NCBI GenBank assembly: GCA_963828255.1
Contig: CAWHDZ010000006.1
Coordinates: 1 to 49,292 of the forward strand
DNA: 49,292 nt
From: an uncultured delta proteobacterium
GTDB lineage: Bacteria; Myxococcota; Myxococcia; Myxococcales; Anaeromyxobacteraceae
Reading direction: 5' to 3'
Part shown: in pieces, positions 1 through 10,044 of the stretch
Layout of the letters: every line of letters starts with the position of its first letter
Numbering within the stretch: the stretch's first letter is position 1
The notes under the pieces: generated by a model
What the model saw: only the letters and a program-made list of their open reading frames with translations
The model's database searches: none
What the model was told of the DNA's origin: nothing
Translations under genes and position numbers: made by a program

Positions 1-208
1 TCCCGGCCGAGGCGTGGGGCTTCTCGAGCAGGCCGAGATCCTCGAGGTCGGCCATCACGCTGCGGACGGTGGCCGGCGACACCTCGAGGTCGTGCCGGGA
101 TCGAAGCGTCTGGCTGGCCACCGGCTCGCCGGTGTGGATGTGCTCCTGGACGATGGCGCGGAGGATCTCGCGCTCCCGCCGGTTCAGCTCGTGCTCGGGG
201 GAGGCCAT
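1..208 (-). CDS. hrcA: Heat-inducible transcription repressor HrcA (5' part, runs off the window)
   Basis: Manual translation from ATG at 208: [35 protein letters not shown]...[27 protein letters not shown], the HrcA N-terminal winged-helix signature; not in the ORF track. Confidence 0.93.
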   Translation of the reverse strand, partial: MASPEHELNRREREILRAIVQEHIHTGEPVASQTLRSRHDLEVSPATVRSVMADLEDLGLLEKPHASAG

Positions 209-218
209 GCCGGGGCGC

Positions 219-917
219 TCAGGGCTCGCCGAGGTGGCGCTGGGCGGCCTGGGCGAGCGACGGCACGCGCCCGGCCCGGAGCTCGCGCCAGAGGGAGAGC
301 GCGAACGCCCGGTCCCCGGCCGCCTCGGCGGAGAGGGCCTCGAAGTGGGTCCGCTCCTCGGGGGAGCCGAAGACGAGGAAGCGGCGTGACCCGCCGTCCA
401 CGTCCAGGCGATGCGCCTCGGCGGCGAGACGCGACGCCTCGGCGTCGCCGCGGGCGTCGGCGAGGAGCGCCTGCGCCCAGGCGGTCTCGGCCCGCCCGGC
501 GTCGATCTCCCGGGCCGCGTCCACGTGGGCCTGGGCAGCCTGGAGGAAGCCCTCCCCGGCGTACAGGTCGGCCAGGTTCACGAGCGCCGCCTGCTGCTCC
601 CGGGGGGTCCCGCGGGCCACCACCTCGTCGAGGAGCTGCCGGGCCGCCTCGGAGTGCCCCTCGAGGTGGTAGGCGACGGCCAGGTCGTTGAGCGCATCCA
701 TCCGCTCCGGGTCGCCACGCACCAGCGACTCGAACCCCGACCGGGCGGCCGCGAGCTGCCCGGACCGGACCTCGGCGGCGCCAGGGCCCGAGGCCCGGAC
801 CAGGACACCTGCCATCGGGTAGCCCCCCGAGCGTGCCGCCGTATCCTGGGCGCCGCAGGCCGTGAGGACGGCCAGCGCCGGGAGCAGGACGAGCCGGGCG
901 GAGCGGGAGAGCGACAT
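219..917 (-). CDS. TPR-repeat lipoprotein
   Basis: Lipobox LTAC after a hydrophobic stretch; TPR-like helices ([25 protein letters not shown]); directly upstream of hrcA. Confidence 0.75.
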   Translation of the reverse strand: MSLSRSARLVLLPALAVLTACGAQDTAARSGGYPMAGVLVRASGPGAAEVRSGQLAAARSGFESLVRGDPERMDALNDLAVAYHLEGHSEAARQLLDEVVARGTPREQQAALVNLADLYAGEGFLQAAQAHVDAAREIDAGRAETAWAQALLADARGDAEASRLAAEAHRLDVDGGSRRFLVFGSPEERTHFEALSAEAAGDRAFALSLWRELRAGRVPSLAQAAQRHLGEP

Positions 918-946
918 CGGGATCTGGACCCTCTGGGGACCGGGTG

Positions 947-975
947 AGTGTAGCGACGCCCCCCGAGGGGATCAA
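947..975 (-). promoter_or_regulatory. Putative sigma70 promoter for TPR lipoprotein-hrcA
   Basis: Minus strand TTGATC-17 bp-TACACT. Confidence 0.5.
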
Positions 976-1031
976 CCGGCCGCGGTCTCGTCCTACTCCC
1001 GCGCCCTTCCCGTGTTAAGCACCGGGCCGTC

Positions 1032-4000
1032 GTGGCCCAGAACCCCTCCGCACCGTGGCGCGCCGCAGCCGTCTCCTCCGGCGCCTCCGACGTGGTCGGT
1101 CTCTCCGGGGCGGCCCGCGGGCTCGCCGCGCTGCGGCTGCTCGAGGCGGGAACCGGCCGCCGCACCCTCCTCGCGGTGGCGGTGGACGAGGAGGAGGCCG
1201 ACCTCCTCGCCCGCGACCTGGCCTTCTTCCTCGGCGCCGGGGGCCCGGCCGTGGTCCGCGTCCCGGCCGACCCGGTTCTGCCCTACGACGACCTCTCCCC
1301 CGACCGCGGCCTGGAGATGGACCGGCTCGCGGCCCTGGCCCGGCTCCACCTCTCCGGCGCCGGGGTGCGCGCGGTGGTGGTCTCGGCCCGCGCGCTGGCC
1401 CGCCGCCACGTCCCCCGCTCCGAGCTCGAGCGAAACCTGGAGCTCCTCGGCAAGGGCGCGACCGTGGACCGCGACGGGCTGGCCCGCCGGCTCACCGAGA
1501 TCGGCTACGCGCGCGTCCCGATGGTCGAGGATCCGGGAACCTTCGCGGTGCGCGGGTCGGTGGTGGACGTCTGGAGCCCGCTCCACGATCGGCCGGTCCG
1601 GCTCGAGCTCTTCGGCGACGAGGTGGAGAGCGCGCGGGCCTTCGAGCCGGGGACGCAGCGCTCGCTCTCCGACGTGGACGATCTGGTGGTGGTCCAGGCC
1701 CGGGAAGCGCCATTCACTGAGAGTGGGAAAGCGGCGGCGATCCGTGCGGTGCGCGAGCTGGCCGAGAAGGTGGACCGGCCCACCTCCAAGGTGCGGGAGG
1801 TGATCGACGCCATCGAGTCGGGCACGCCGTTCTTCGGCATGGAGGCGCTCCTCCCCGGCTTCCACGAGGGCGCGCTCGTCACCCTGCTCGAGCACCTGCC
1901 GGACTCCCCCGCCCTCCTCGTGGACGACCCCGAGGGAGTGGAGCGGGCCCTCTCCGAGCTGGACGCCGAGCTCGATCGGGAGCACGCCGCGGCGCTGCGG
2001 CGCGACGAGCTGGCGCTCCCGCCCGAGGCCCATTTCCTGCGCGCCGCCCAGGTTGCGTCCCTGCTGCGCCCGCTGCCGGCCCTGCGTTGCCACCGGGTCT
2101 TCCTGGGAACCGCCGAGCCGGTCCGCTTCGCGCTGGGCGACACGGCCGCCATCCGGGGCGAGATCGAGGCGGCCCACGGCGACGAGGGGGCGCTCTCCCC
2201 GCTGGTGCGAAGGCTCCAGGAGTGGCGCAGCCGCGGCGTGACCGCGGTGGTCGCCACCCACTCGCCGTCGTCCGCCGACCGCCTGAGGAGGCTGCTCGAG
2301 GACCGCCGGCTGGGCGTCCGGATCCACGCGGCGCCGCCCGGGGAGCTCCGGTCGCTCTGGGACCCGGCCGTGCACGTCCACCTCGTCCCCGGGGACCTGT
2401 CGCACGGCTTCGTGGACCTGGACGGCGGGGTGGCGCTGGTCGCCGACGAGGAGATCCTGGGGCGGCGGGTGCGCAAGCGCGCCCGCAGCGCCCGGATCGA
2501 GAACTCCATGGTGGCCGGGTTCCGGGACCTGAACGAGGGCGACCTCGTGGTCCACGTCGAGCACGGCATCGCCCGCTACGGCGGCCTCACCAAGATGCAG
2601 ATCCGGGGCGTCGAGGGGGACTTCCTGGTCCTCCAGTACGAGGGGGCCGACCGGCTCTACCTCCCGGTCGCCAAGCTCCGCCAGGTGCAGAAGTTCACCG
2701 GCGCCGCCCCCGACGCCATCCGGCTCGACCGGCTGGGCGGCAGCTCCTTCGCGCTGCGCAAGGCGCGGGTGAAGGAGCAGCTGCTCAAGATGGCGGCCGA
2801 GCTCCTCGACATCTACGCGGCCCGCGCCGCCCACCACGGCTTCGCCTTCGCGGCCCCCGACGAGATCTTCCGCGAGTTCGAGGCCGAGTTCCCCTACGAG
2901 GAGACCCCCGACCAGGCGAAAGCCATCGGCGACGTCATCGCCGACATGACGAAGGGGCGCGCCGAGGGACAGGGCGGGACGCCGTCGCCGCGCGCGCCCA
3001 TGGACCGGCTGGTCTGCGGGGACGTCGGTTACGGCAAGACCGAGGTGGCGCTGCGGGCGGCCATGCTGGCCGTGCTCTCGCGGAAGCAGGTGGCGGTGCT
3101 CGTCCCCACCACCGTGCTGGCCTCGCAGCACGAGCGCACGTTCCGCGAGCGGTTCTCCGGCTACCCGGTCCGGGTCGAGGCCATCTCACGGATGCGAACG
3201 CCGGAGGAGGTGCGCAAGGTCCTCGCCGAGACCGCGGCCGGCAAGGTGGACGTGCTCGTCGGCACGCACCGGCTGCTCGCCACCGACGTCTCCTTCCGCG
3301 ACCTGGGGCTCGTGGTGGTGGACGAGGAGCAGCGCTTCGGCGTGACCCACAAGGAGCGGCTGAAGAAGCTGCGCAAGCTGGTGGACGTGCTCACCCTCAC
3401 CGCGACGCCCATCCCGCGCACGCTCCACATGAGCCTGGCCGGCGTGCGCGACATGTCGATCATCGCCACCCCCCCCGAGGACCGCCGCTCCATCCGGACC
3501 TTCGTGGCCAAGTTCGATCCCGTGCAGATCAAGGACGCCATCGAGCAGGAGCTCCGGCGCGGCGGTCAGGTCTACTTCGTCCACAACCGGGTTCGCTCCA
3601 TCCACTCGATGGAGAAGTTCCTGCGCGAGCTGGTTCCCCAGGCCCGCATCGGCGTGGCCCACGGGCAGATGGGGGAAGGCAAGCTCGAGGAGGTGATGAG
3701 CCGCTTCGTCTCGCGCGAGTTCGACGTGCTGCTCGCCACCTCGATCATCGAGAGCGGCCTCGACATCCCCACCGCCAACACCATCATCGTGAACCGCGCC
3801 GATCACTTCGGCCTGGCGCAGCTCTACCAGATCCGCGGCCGCGTCGGCCGCAGCCGGGAGCGGGCCTACGCCTATCTCTTCGTCCCCTCTCGCCGGCCGG
3901 TGACGAAGGACGCGCGGCTGCGGCTCGAGGCCCTGCAGAGGTTCACCGACCTGGGCAGCGGCTTCGCCATCGCCAGCCACGATCTGGAAATTCGCGGCGC

Positions 4001-4679
4001 CGGAAACCTGCTCGGCAAGGACCAGTCGGGGCAGATCGAGGCGGTGGGGTTCGACCTCTACTCCGAGCTCATGGCCGAGGCGGTCCGGGAGCTGCGCGGG
4101 GAGGCGCCGCGCCCCGACATGGACCCGGACGTCCAGCTGCCGGTGCCGGCCTTCATCCCCGATGGATTCATGCCCGACGTCCACCAGCGGCTCTACTTCT
4201 ACAAGCGGCTCGCCCAGGCCTCGTCCGACGAGGAGCTCGAGGAGGCCCGCGCCGAGATCGTGGACCGCTACGGCGACACGCCCGACGAGCTCGACGCACT
4301 CTTCGAGCTCATGGCGGTGAAGGTGCGGCTCCGGACGCTTCGCATCCGCGGACTCGACGCCGGCCCGGGGCGGCTGGTCTTCGCGCTGGGGCCCGACGCC
4401 GCGCTCGACCCGTTCGAACTCGCCAGGCACGTCCAGCGGAGCGGGGGCGCGCTCCGCCTCACGCCGGACATGAAGCTCGTCGCAACGGTCGGTCCGCGCT
4501 CCGCCTCGGCCACCCCGGCGCGGCGGGGCGCGAAATCCGGAGTGAAGACCGTGGGTTCTGGAGCAGCCCCTCCCGCCGCCCCGTCCTCGCCAGCGGCCGA
4601 GGCGACCCGGGGGCGCGAGCTCCTCGAGGAGGCGCGCCGGGTGCTCGCCGGGCTGGTCGCCTGCGCCCGTCCGGGGTAG
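1032..4679 (+). CDS. mfd: Transcription-repair coupling factor Mfd
   Basis: UvrB-like N-terminus, RID (GDLVVHVEHGIARY), GDVGYGKTEVA, DEEQRFG, QLYQIRGRVGR, DLEIRGAGNLLG. Confidence 0.97.
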   Translation: MAQNPSAPWRAAAVSSGASDVVGLSGAARGLAALRLLEAGTGRRTLLAVAVDEEEADLLARDLAFFLGAGGPAVVRVPADPVLPYDDLSPDRGLEMDRLAALARLHLSGAGVRAVVVSARALARRHVPRSELERNLELLGKGATVDRDGLARRLTEIGYARVPMVEDPGTFAVRGSVVDVWSPLHDRPVRLELFGDEVESARAFEPGTQRSLSDVDDLVVVQAREAPFTESGKAAAIRAVRELAEKVDRPTSKVREVIDAIESGTPFFGMEALLPGFHEGALVTLLEHLPDSPALLVDDPEGVERALSELDAELDREHAAALRRDELALPPEAHFLRAAQVASLLRPLPALRCHRVFLGTAEPVRFALGDTAAIRGEIEAAHGDEGALSPLVRRLQEWRSRGVTAVVATHSPSSADRLRRLLEDRRLGVRIHAAPPGELRSLWDPAVHVHLVPGDLSHGFVDLDGGVALVADEEILGRRVRKRARSARIENSMVAGFRDLNEGDLVVHVEHGIARYGGLTKMQIRGVEGDFLVLQYEGADRLYLPVAKLRQVQKFTGAAPDAIRLDRLGGSSFALRKARVKEQLLKMAAELLDIYAARAAHHGFAFAAPDEIFREFEAEFPYEETPDQAKAIGDVIADMTKGRAEGQGGTPSPRAPMDRLVCGDVGYGKTEVALRAAMLAVLSRKQVAVLVPTTVLASQHERTFRERFSGYPVRVEAISRMRTPEEVRKVLAETAAGKVDVLVGTHRLLATDVSFRDLGLVVVDEEQRFGVTHKERLKKLRKLVDVLTLTATPIPRTLHMSLAGVRDMSIIATPPEDRRSIRTFVAKFDPVQIKDAIEQELRRGGQVYFVHNRVRSIHSMEKFLRELVPQARIGVAHGQMGEGKLEEVMSRFVSREFDVLLATSIIESGLDIPTANTIIVNRADHFGLAQLYQIRGRVGRSRERAYAYLFVPSRRPVTKDARLRLEALQRFTDLGSGFAIASHDLEIRGAGNLLGKDQSGQIEAVGFDLYSELMAEAVRELRGEAPRPDMDPDVQLPVPAFIPDGFMPDVHQRLYFYKRLAQASSDEELEEARAEIVDRYGDTPDELDALFELMAVKVRLRTLRIRGLDAGPGRLVFALGPDAALDPFELARHVQRSGGALRLTPDMKLVATVGPRSASATPARRGAKSGVKTVGSGAAPPAAPSSPAAEATRGRELLEEARRVLAGLVACARPG

Positions 4680-4806
4680 TCGCATCGCCTTGATCCCCGG
4701 GCGGTTTCGTGGTTTTTTCCCGCGGCTGTCCGGGAACGTCGGCTGCTCGCCGGGGGTTCACCGGGAACGGCAGTTATCACCCAACGAACACAGGAGCCTC
4801 CCCTCG

Positions 4807-5835
4807 ATGACGCGTGCACTCGTCGCGACCGGTTTCGCGGTCGTCCTCGCCCTTTCCGGTTGCAGCAAGCCCACCTCCCCCGGCCCCAAGAAGAGCGGCC
4901 CCGCCGTCGCCCAGGGCGAAGGCGTCGTCGTCACCGTCGCCGAGTTCCAGGCGCGCCTCGACGAGCAGTCCCCCTTCCTCCGCCAGCGCTACCAGAACCT
5001 CGAGCGGAAGAAGGAGTTCCTCGACAGCCTGGTGAAGTTCGAGATCCTGGCCAACGCCGCCGAGAAGGACGGGTACCAGAACGACCCCGACGTCCAGCTC
5101 ACCCTGAAGAAGGCCATGGTGCAGAAGCTCGTGCAGAAGCGCTTCGGCGACGCCGACGGCAAGGACATCAGCGACGCCGACGTCCAGAAGTTCTACGACG
5201 AGCACAGGGACGACTTCGTGAAGGCGCCCCGGGTGCGGACCTCCGCCCTGCTCGTCGCCGCCACCCCCGCCGAACGGGCCCAGAAGGGCGCCCAGGCGCG
5301 CAAGCTCCTCGCCGACATCAAGGCCAAGGCCAAGAAGGATCCCCAGGCCTTCCAGGCGGCCGTCCGGGCCTCGTCCGACGACGCCGCCAGCAAGGGCAAC
5401 GGCGGCGACCTGGGCTTCCGCTCCCAGGACGAGTACGCCAAGCAGTTCGGCGAGCCGTTCGCGGCGGCCGCCTTCGCCGGCAAGGACGGCGACGAGGTCG
5501 TCGTCGAGACGCAGCAGGGCTTCTGGATCGTCCGCGTCTCCGGCCGGCAGGAGGGCGTCTCCCGCACCGTCGAGCAGGTGAAGCCGCAGATCCAGTCGCG
5601 GCTCCAGCGCGAGAAGCGCACCAAGGAGTTCGACGAATACGTGAAGAAGCTCCGCGAGGAGGCCAAGGTCACGGTGAACGACGCCGAGCTCGAGAAGATC
5701 GTGGTCTCGGCTGCGCCGGCCCCCGGCGCGGGCGGGATGCCTCCGGGTGGCATGCCGCCGGGCGGGATGCCTCCCCCGGGAGCCCAGCCCCGTCCGGCCG
5801 CGCCTCCTCCTGCCCCGACGCCGGCGCAGAAGTAG
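4807..5835 (+). CDS. PpiC/parvulin-type peptidyl-prolyl isomerase lipoprotein (PrsA-like)
   Basis: ATG 4807 after AGGAG; lipobox LSGC; SDDAASKGNGGDLGF and VETQQGFWIV rotamase motifs. Confidence 0.88.
   Translation: MTRALVATGFAVVLALSGCSKPTSPGPKKSGPAVAQGEGVVVTVAEFQARLDEQSPFLRQRYQNLERKKEFLDSLVKFEILANAAEKDGYQNDPDVQLTLKKAMVQKLVQKRFGDADGKDISDADVQKFYDEHRDDFVKAPRVRTSALLVAATPAERAQKGAQARKLLADIKAKAKKDPQAFQAAVRASSDDAASKGNGGDLGFRSQDEYAKQFGEPFAAAAFAGKDGDEVVVETQQGFWIVRVSGRQEGVSRTVEQVKPQIQSRLQREKRTKEFDEYVKKLREEAKVTVNDAELEKIVVSAAPAPGAGGMPPGGMPPGGMPPPGAQPRPAAPPPAPTPAQK
5731..5775 (+). repeat. Three degenerate 15-bp tandem units encoding GGMPP x3
   Basis: ggcgggatgcctccg / ggtggcatgccgccg / ggcgggatgcctccc. 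Confidence 0.8.
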
Positions 5836-5836
5836 A

Positions 5837-6781
5837 TTGCGGACGACCGCCGCCATCGCCTCGGGGCTCGCCGCCCTCCTCGTCACCGGTTGCCGCTCCG
5901 GCGCCGCCGGCGGGGAGAGCACCGGCCCCGCCCCCGTGGCGGTGGTGAACGGCGAGCCCATCTCCCGCGCCGCCTACGAGCGGGAGCTGCAGCAGCTCCG
6001 GGTCGGCGGCGAGGGGGGCGGCCCCTCCGACGTGCTCCGTTCGAGCGTCGTCGAGGGGCTGGTGTCCCGGACCCTGCTGGTCCAGCAGGCCCGGGCCCGG
6101 GGCGTGTCGGTGGCGCCGGAGCAGGTGGACCGGGCGCTCCTCGCGCTTCGCGCCGAGTACCCTGGAACCGCGTTCGACGACATGCTTGCCCAGGAGCGGC
6201 TCTCCCTGGCCGAGCTCCGGACCCGCCTGCGCGATCAGCTCACCATCGAGAAGCTCTTCCACGATGAGGTCTTTCCCCGCGTCCAGGTGCCGGACGAGGA
6301 GGTAGGGGCATGGTACGCGGCCCACCCCGCGGAGTTCGAGGAGCCGGAGCGGGTGCACGCCCGCCAGATCGTGCTCCGGACCCGCGAGGAGGCCATCCGG
6401 GTCCGGGACGAGGTCCGGCGCAAGCCGGCCAGCTTCGAGACCGTCGCCGGACGGGCCTCCATCGCCCCCGAGGGGAAGCGGGGCGGCGACCTGGGCTGGT
6501 TCGGCAAGGGGCAGGGGATGCCCGAGGTCTTCGACGCCTGCTTTCGCATGCAGCCCAAGGCCATCTCCGACGTGGTCCCGTCCCCCTTCGGATTCCACGT
6601 CTTCCAGGTGCTCGAGAAGAAGGCCCCGTCCCACCGCACGCTGGACGAGGCGCGGCCGACCATCGCGGCGCGCCTCCTCCGGGACAGGCGGGCAAGGGCC
6701 CAGGAGGAGTACGTCGCCGCCCTCCGCGCCCAGGCGAAGATCCAGATCGACCCCACTGCAGCCGCACCGGTGAAGCCTTGA
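5837..6781 (+). CDS. Parvulin-type peptidyl-prolyl isomerase lipoprotein with SurA-like N-domain
   Basis: Likely TTG start just after the upstream stop; lipobox VTGC; VAVVNGEPI, SIAPEGKRGGDLGWF, SPFGFHVF. Confidence 0.85.
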   Translation: MRTTAAIASGLAALLVTGCRSGAAGGESTGPAPVAVVNGEPISRAAYERELQQLRVGGEGGGPSDVLRSSVVEGLVSRTLLVQQARARGVSVAPEQVDRALLALRAEYPGTAFDDMLAQERLSLAELRTRLRDQLTIEKLFHDEVFPRVQVPDEEVGAWYAAHPAEFEEPERVHARQIVLRTREEAIRVRDEVRRKPASFETVAGRASIAPEGKRGGDLGWFGKGQGMPEVFDACFRMQPKAISDVVPSPFGFHVFQVLEKKAPSHRTLDEARPTIAARLLRDRRARAQEEYVAALRAQAKIQIDPTAAAPVKP

Positions 6782-7773
6782 AGACCGAGACCCTCCTCCT
6801 GCTCGCAATGACCCTGGCCGCACCGGCGGCGATGGCCGACGACCGCCGTCCGGTGGACCGCGTCGCCGCGATCGTCAACGGCGACGTGATCACCCTCTCC
6901 GAGCTGACCCAGCGCTCCGGGGCCGACTACCGGCGCGCCTCCGACATGCCCCCGGGGCCGGCCCGGGACCAGGCGCGCGCCAGGGCGCTGCGCTCCGCCT
7001 ACGACGCGGTGCTGACCGAGCGGCTGGTGGAGAACGAGGTCAAGGCCCTCGGCATCGAGGTGACCGAGGCCCAGATCGACGGCGCCATCGACGACGTGAA
7101 GAAGCGCAACAACCTCTCCGACGACATGCTCAAGCAGGCCCTGGCCTCCGAGAACATGACGGTGGCCGCCTACCGCGCCCGGCTGCGCAAGGACTTCGAG
7201 AACCACCTGCTCATCGCCGCCAAGGTGCAGAACCGGGTGAAGGTCACCGACGACGACGTCAAGGGTTACTACCAGTCACATCTCTCCGAGTTCACCGGCG
7301 AGGAGCAGGTGAAGCTGCGCCTCATCCTGCTCCAGGTCCCGGCCGGCGCCCCACCGGCCGAGGAGGCGCGGGTCAAGGCGGTCGGCGAGACCTTGCTGGC
7401 GCGCCTGGCCGCCGGCGAGGACTTCTCCGACCTGGCCCGGCAGGTGTCGCAGGGGCCGGGCGCCGCCGCCGGCGGCGACCTGGGCTGGGTGAAGAAGGGG
7501 ACCATGCCCATCGACCTGGAGCGGGTGGCCTTCGCGCTCGTGGGCGGGCAGAACTCCGGCCTGGTGCGGGCCAAGACCGGCTGGATCATCCTCAAGGCCG
7601 ACGAGCGGCGCAGCGCCAAGGCCCCGCCCATCGAGGACGTGAGGGAGAAGATCCGCGAGAAGGTCGGCAACCAGCAGGCCGAGACCTACCGCAAGCAGTA
7701 CATCGAGGAGCTGAAGCGCGAGGCCATCATCGAGCTCAAGATCCCGGAGCTCGAGGCCGCGCCGGCGAGCTAG
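6778..7773 (+). CDS. surA: SurA-like chaperone/peptidyl-prolyl isomerase
   Basis: TTG start overlapping the upstream TGA; signal peptide; VDRVAAIVNGDVITLSEL; SQGPGAAAGGDLGWV; precedes pdxA. Confidence 0.85.
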   Translation: MKTETLLLLAMTLAAPAAMADDRRPVDRVAAIVNGDVITLSELTQRSGADYRRASDMPPGPARDQARARALRSAYDAVLTERLVENEVKALGIEVTEAQIDGAIDDVKKRNNLSDDMLKQALASENMTVAAYRARLRKDFENHLLIAAKVQNRVKVTDDDVKGYYQSHLSEFTGEEQVKLRLILLQVPAGAPPAEEARVKAVGETLLARLAAGEDFSDLARQVSQGPGAAAGGDLGWVKKGTMPIDLERVAFALVGGQNSGLVRAKTGWIILKADERRSAKAPPIEDVREKIREKVGNQQAETYRKQYIEELKREAIIELKIPELEAAPAS

Positions 7774-7777
7774 CGCC

Positions 7778-8773
7778 ATGCCGGTTCGCGTCGCGGTCAG
7801 CCTGGGTGACCCTTCCGGAATCGGTCCGGAGGTGACGGCCCGGGCGCTGGCCGCGCTGCGCGGGCGGGTCGCGCCGGTCCTCTTCGGGGACGCCTCCTTC
7901 GCCCTCCTGGCCCGGGACGCCGGGCTCGATCTGTCGGTGATCGCCCCCGGCGATCCCGTCCCCCGCGGCGCGGCGCTGGTGCGGATCACCCGGCTCGCCG
8001 CGGCGGACCGGCGCCCGGGACGCCCCTCCCCGGCCGGCGGCGCGGCCTCGCTCGCCTACCTGGAAGCGGCCTTCGGGGCGCTGGCCGGCGGCCAGGCCGG
8101 GGCGCTCTGCACGGCGCCTCTGTCCAAGGCCCAGGTGGCGCTCGCGCTCCCGGGCTTCGTCGGCCACACCGAGTGGCTCGAGGCCCGGGGCGGCGGTTCA
8201 CGGTCCGTGATGATGCTGGCCGGGCGACGGCTGCGGGTGGCCCTGGCGTCGAACCACCTCGCGCTCAGGGACGCCATTCGCAGGCTCACCCCGGCCGGCA
8301 TCGCCACGGTGGCCGGGGTCGCCTCCGAGGGACTGTGGCGCGACCTGGGGATCGCCCGCCCGCGCATCGCCGTGGCCGGCCTCAATCCCCACGCCGGCGA
8401 GGGGGGCGCCTTCGGCGACGAGGAATCGCGCATCGTGGCGCCTGCGGTCGAGCGGGCCCGCGCCGCCGGGGTGGACGCCCACGGCCCGTTTCCCCCCGAC
8501 AGCGTCTTCTTCCGCGCGGCGGCCGGGGAGTTCGACGCGGTGGTGGCGCTTTACCACGACCAGGGGCTCATCCCGGTGAAGCTGCTCGACGCCGTGGCGG
8601 GCGACCCTGCGGTGAACGTGACGCTCGGGCTGCCCTTCGTGCGCACCAGCCCCGACCACGGGGTGGCCTGGGACCTGGCCGGAACGGGACGGGCCAGCGA
8701 CCGGAGCATGCAGGCGGCGCTCCGTCTGGCCGCCGGGATCGCGCGCCGCCGCGCCACCGCGGCCTCCCGGTGA
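7778..8773 (+). CDS. pdxA: 4-hydroxythreonine-4-phosphate dehydrogenase PdxA
   Basis: GDPSGIGPE, GHTE, GLNPHAGE, YHDQGLIP, RTSPDHG. Confidence 0.95.
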   Translation: MPVRVAVSLGDPSGIGPEVTARALAALRGRVAPVLFGDASFALLARDAGLDLSVIAPGDPVPRGAALVRITRLAAADRRPGRPSPAGGAASLAYLEAAFGALAGGQAGALCTAPLSKAQVALALPGFVGHTEWLEARGGGSRSVMMLAGRRLRVALASNHLALRDAIRRLTPAGIATVAGVASEGLWRDLGIARPRIAVAGLNPHAGEGGAFGDEESRIVAPAVERARAAGVDAHGPFPPDSVFFRAAAGEFDAVVALYHDQGLIPVKLLDAVAGDPAVNVTLGLPFVRTSPDHGVAWDLAGTGRASDRSMQAALRLAAGIARRRATAASR

Positions 8774-9579
8774 AGGGCGGCGCGTTGCAGCCGGGCCGTG
8801 GCCGGACCTTCCGCCGGATCCGGATCGGGCTCTTGCTCGCCCTCCTGGCCTTCACCGCCGCCTGGGGCGCACGCCTCTCCTGGCGCCGCTGGTCGCGGGG
8901 GAACTGGGAGCGGCCGGTCGAGGTCGGCCTGGTCCTCCTCTCCCCGGGCGGCGACGTGGACGCCGCGAGGTGGCGAGCCGGCGCCGGCGCCCTCTCGTCG
9001 CGCCTCGACGCGGAGATGGCGCGCTACCGGGGGCCCGGCGGCGCGGCGTTCCAGATCTCGGTGGTCGGCCCGGTGCGCTGGAGCGGCGCCCTCCCCTTCA
9101 CCCCGCCGACCAGCTCCCCCCTCGACCGGGCCTGGCACGCCCTCGACGTCTGGAGGACCCAGCGCGACGTGGACCGGGCCGCCGGCGGCGCGGCCGGGGG
9201 CTTCGACATCCGGGTCTTCTTCCTGTGCGATTCGCTCCCCGGCTCCGCCCTCGGATTCGCCGAGGGTTCCGGCGCGGTGGACGGCGAGGTGGCCTTCGTG
9301 CGCGGCTCCTGCGACGGCAATCTCTCGCTGTCGCTGCAGACCGTCGGCCACGAGCTGCTCCACACCGTGGGCGCCACCGACCGCTACGACGCGGGCGGCC
9401 ACGCCCGGGCGCCGGACGGCCTGGCCGACCCGGACCGGGTCCCGCTCTACCCCCAGGTTCACGCCGAGTGGATGGCGGGGGAGGTGGCGCTGGGTCCGGG
9501 GCGCGGGCGGCTGCCGGAGTCGTTCGAGGAGCTCGAGGTCGGGGAGGCGACGGCGCGCGAGATTGGCTGGATCCGGTAG
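8770..9579 (+). CDS. Membrane-anchored hypothetical protein with HExxH zincin motif
   Basis: GTG start overlapping the pdxA stop; N-terminal TM (IGLLLALLAFTAAWG); TVGHELLHTVGATDRY. Confidence 0.7.
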   Translation: MKGGALQPGRGRTFRRIRIGLLLALLAFTAAWGARLSWRRWSRGNWERPVEVGLVLLSPGGDVDAARWRAGAGALSSRLDAEMARYRGPGGAAFQISVVGPVRWSGALPFTPPTSSPLDRAWHALDVWRTQRDVDRAAGGAAGGFDIRVFFLCDSLPGSALGFAEGSGAVDGEVAFVRGSCDGNLSLSLQTVGHELLHTVGATDRYDAGGHARAPDGLADPDRVPLYPQVHAEWMAGEVALGPGRGRLPESFEELEVGEATAREIGWIR

Positions 9580-10044
9580 CGCGGACCGGGCCGCCTCGCG
9601 GGATCCTTCCGTGGTGCCGGCGCCCCGTGGGTGCGCCTCGTCGCTGGGGGCGCTGGTCCTCGCGACGCGTACAGCGGGGGAGGGGGAAGATCGGGTCGCC
9701 GCTGCGGAGGCGCCCCGCGCCGAGGGCACCCCGGGCGCCTGGCGGAAGGACGGGCCCCGCCAGGCCGCGGTCCGATCGCCGCCGCCGCTCGAGGAACGGC
9801 CACCCGCGAGTGGCCACCCGGATCTCCCCACGAGGCGAGCTGTCCGCGTCGCCTTCGGCCCGGGCGTCCAGGCGCCCCCTGGCTGGTCCGGGCCCGTCGC
9901 GAGGCACACGATGCCGTAGACGAGCCGGGCACACGACGAGGGAGCAGCGGAGGCGTGCCGGAATGGCACGTCGAGCAGCGGACGGAGGAGTCTGCACGGC
10001 GCAGGCAGGCAGCGTGCGCCGCAGCAGGGCGCGGGCCAGCCGGT

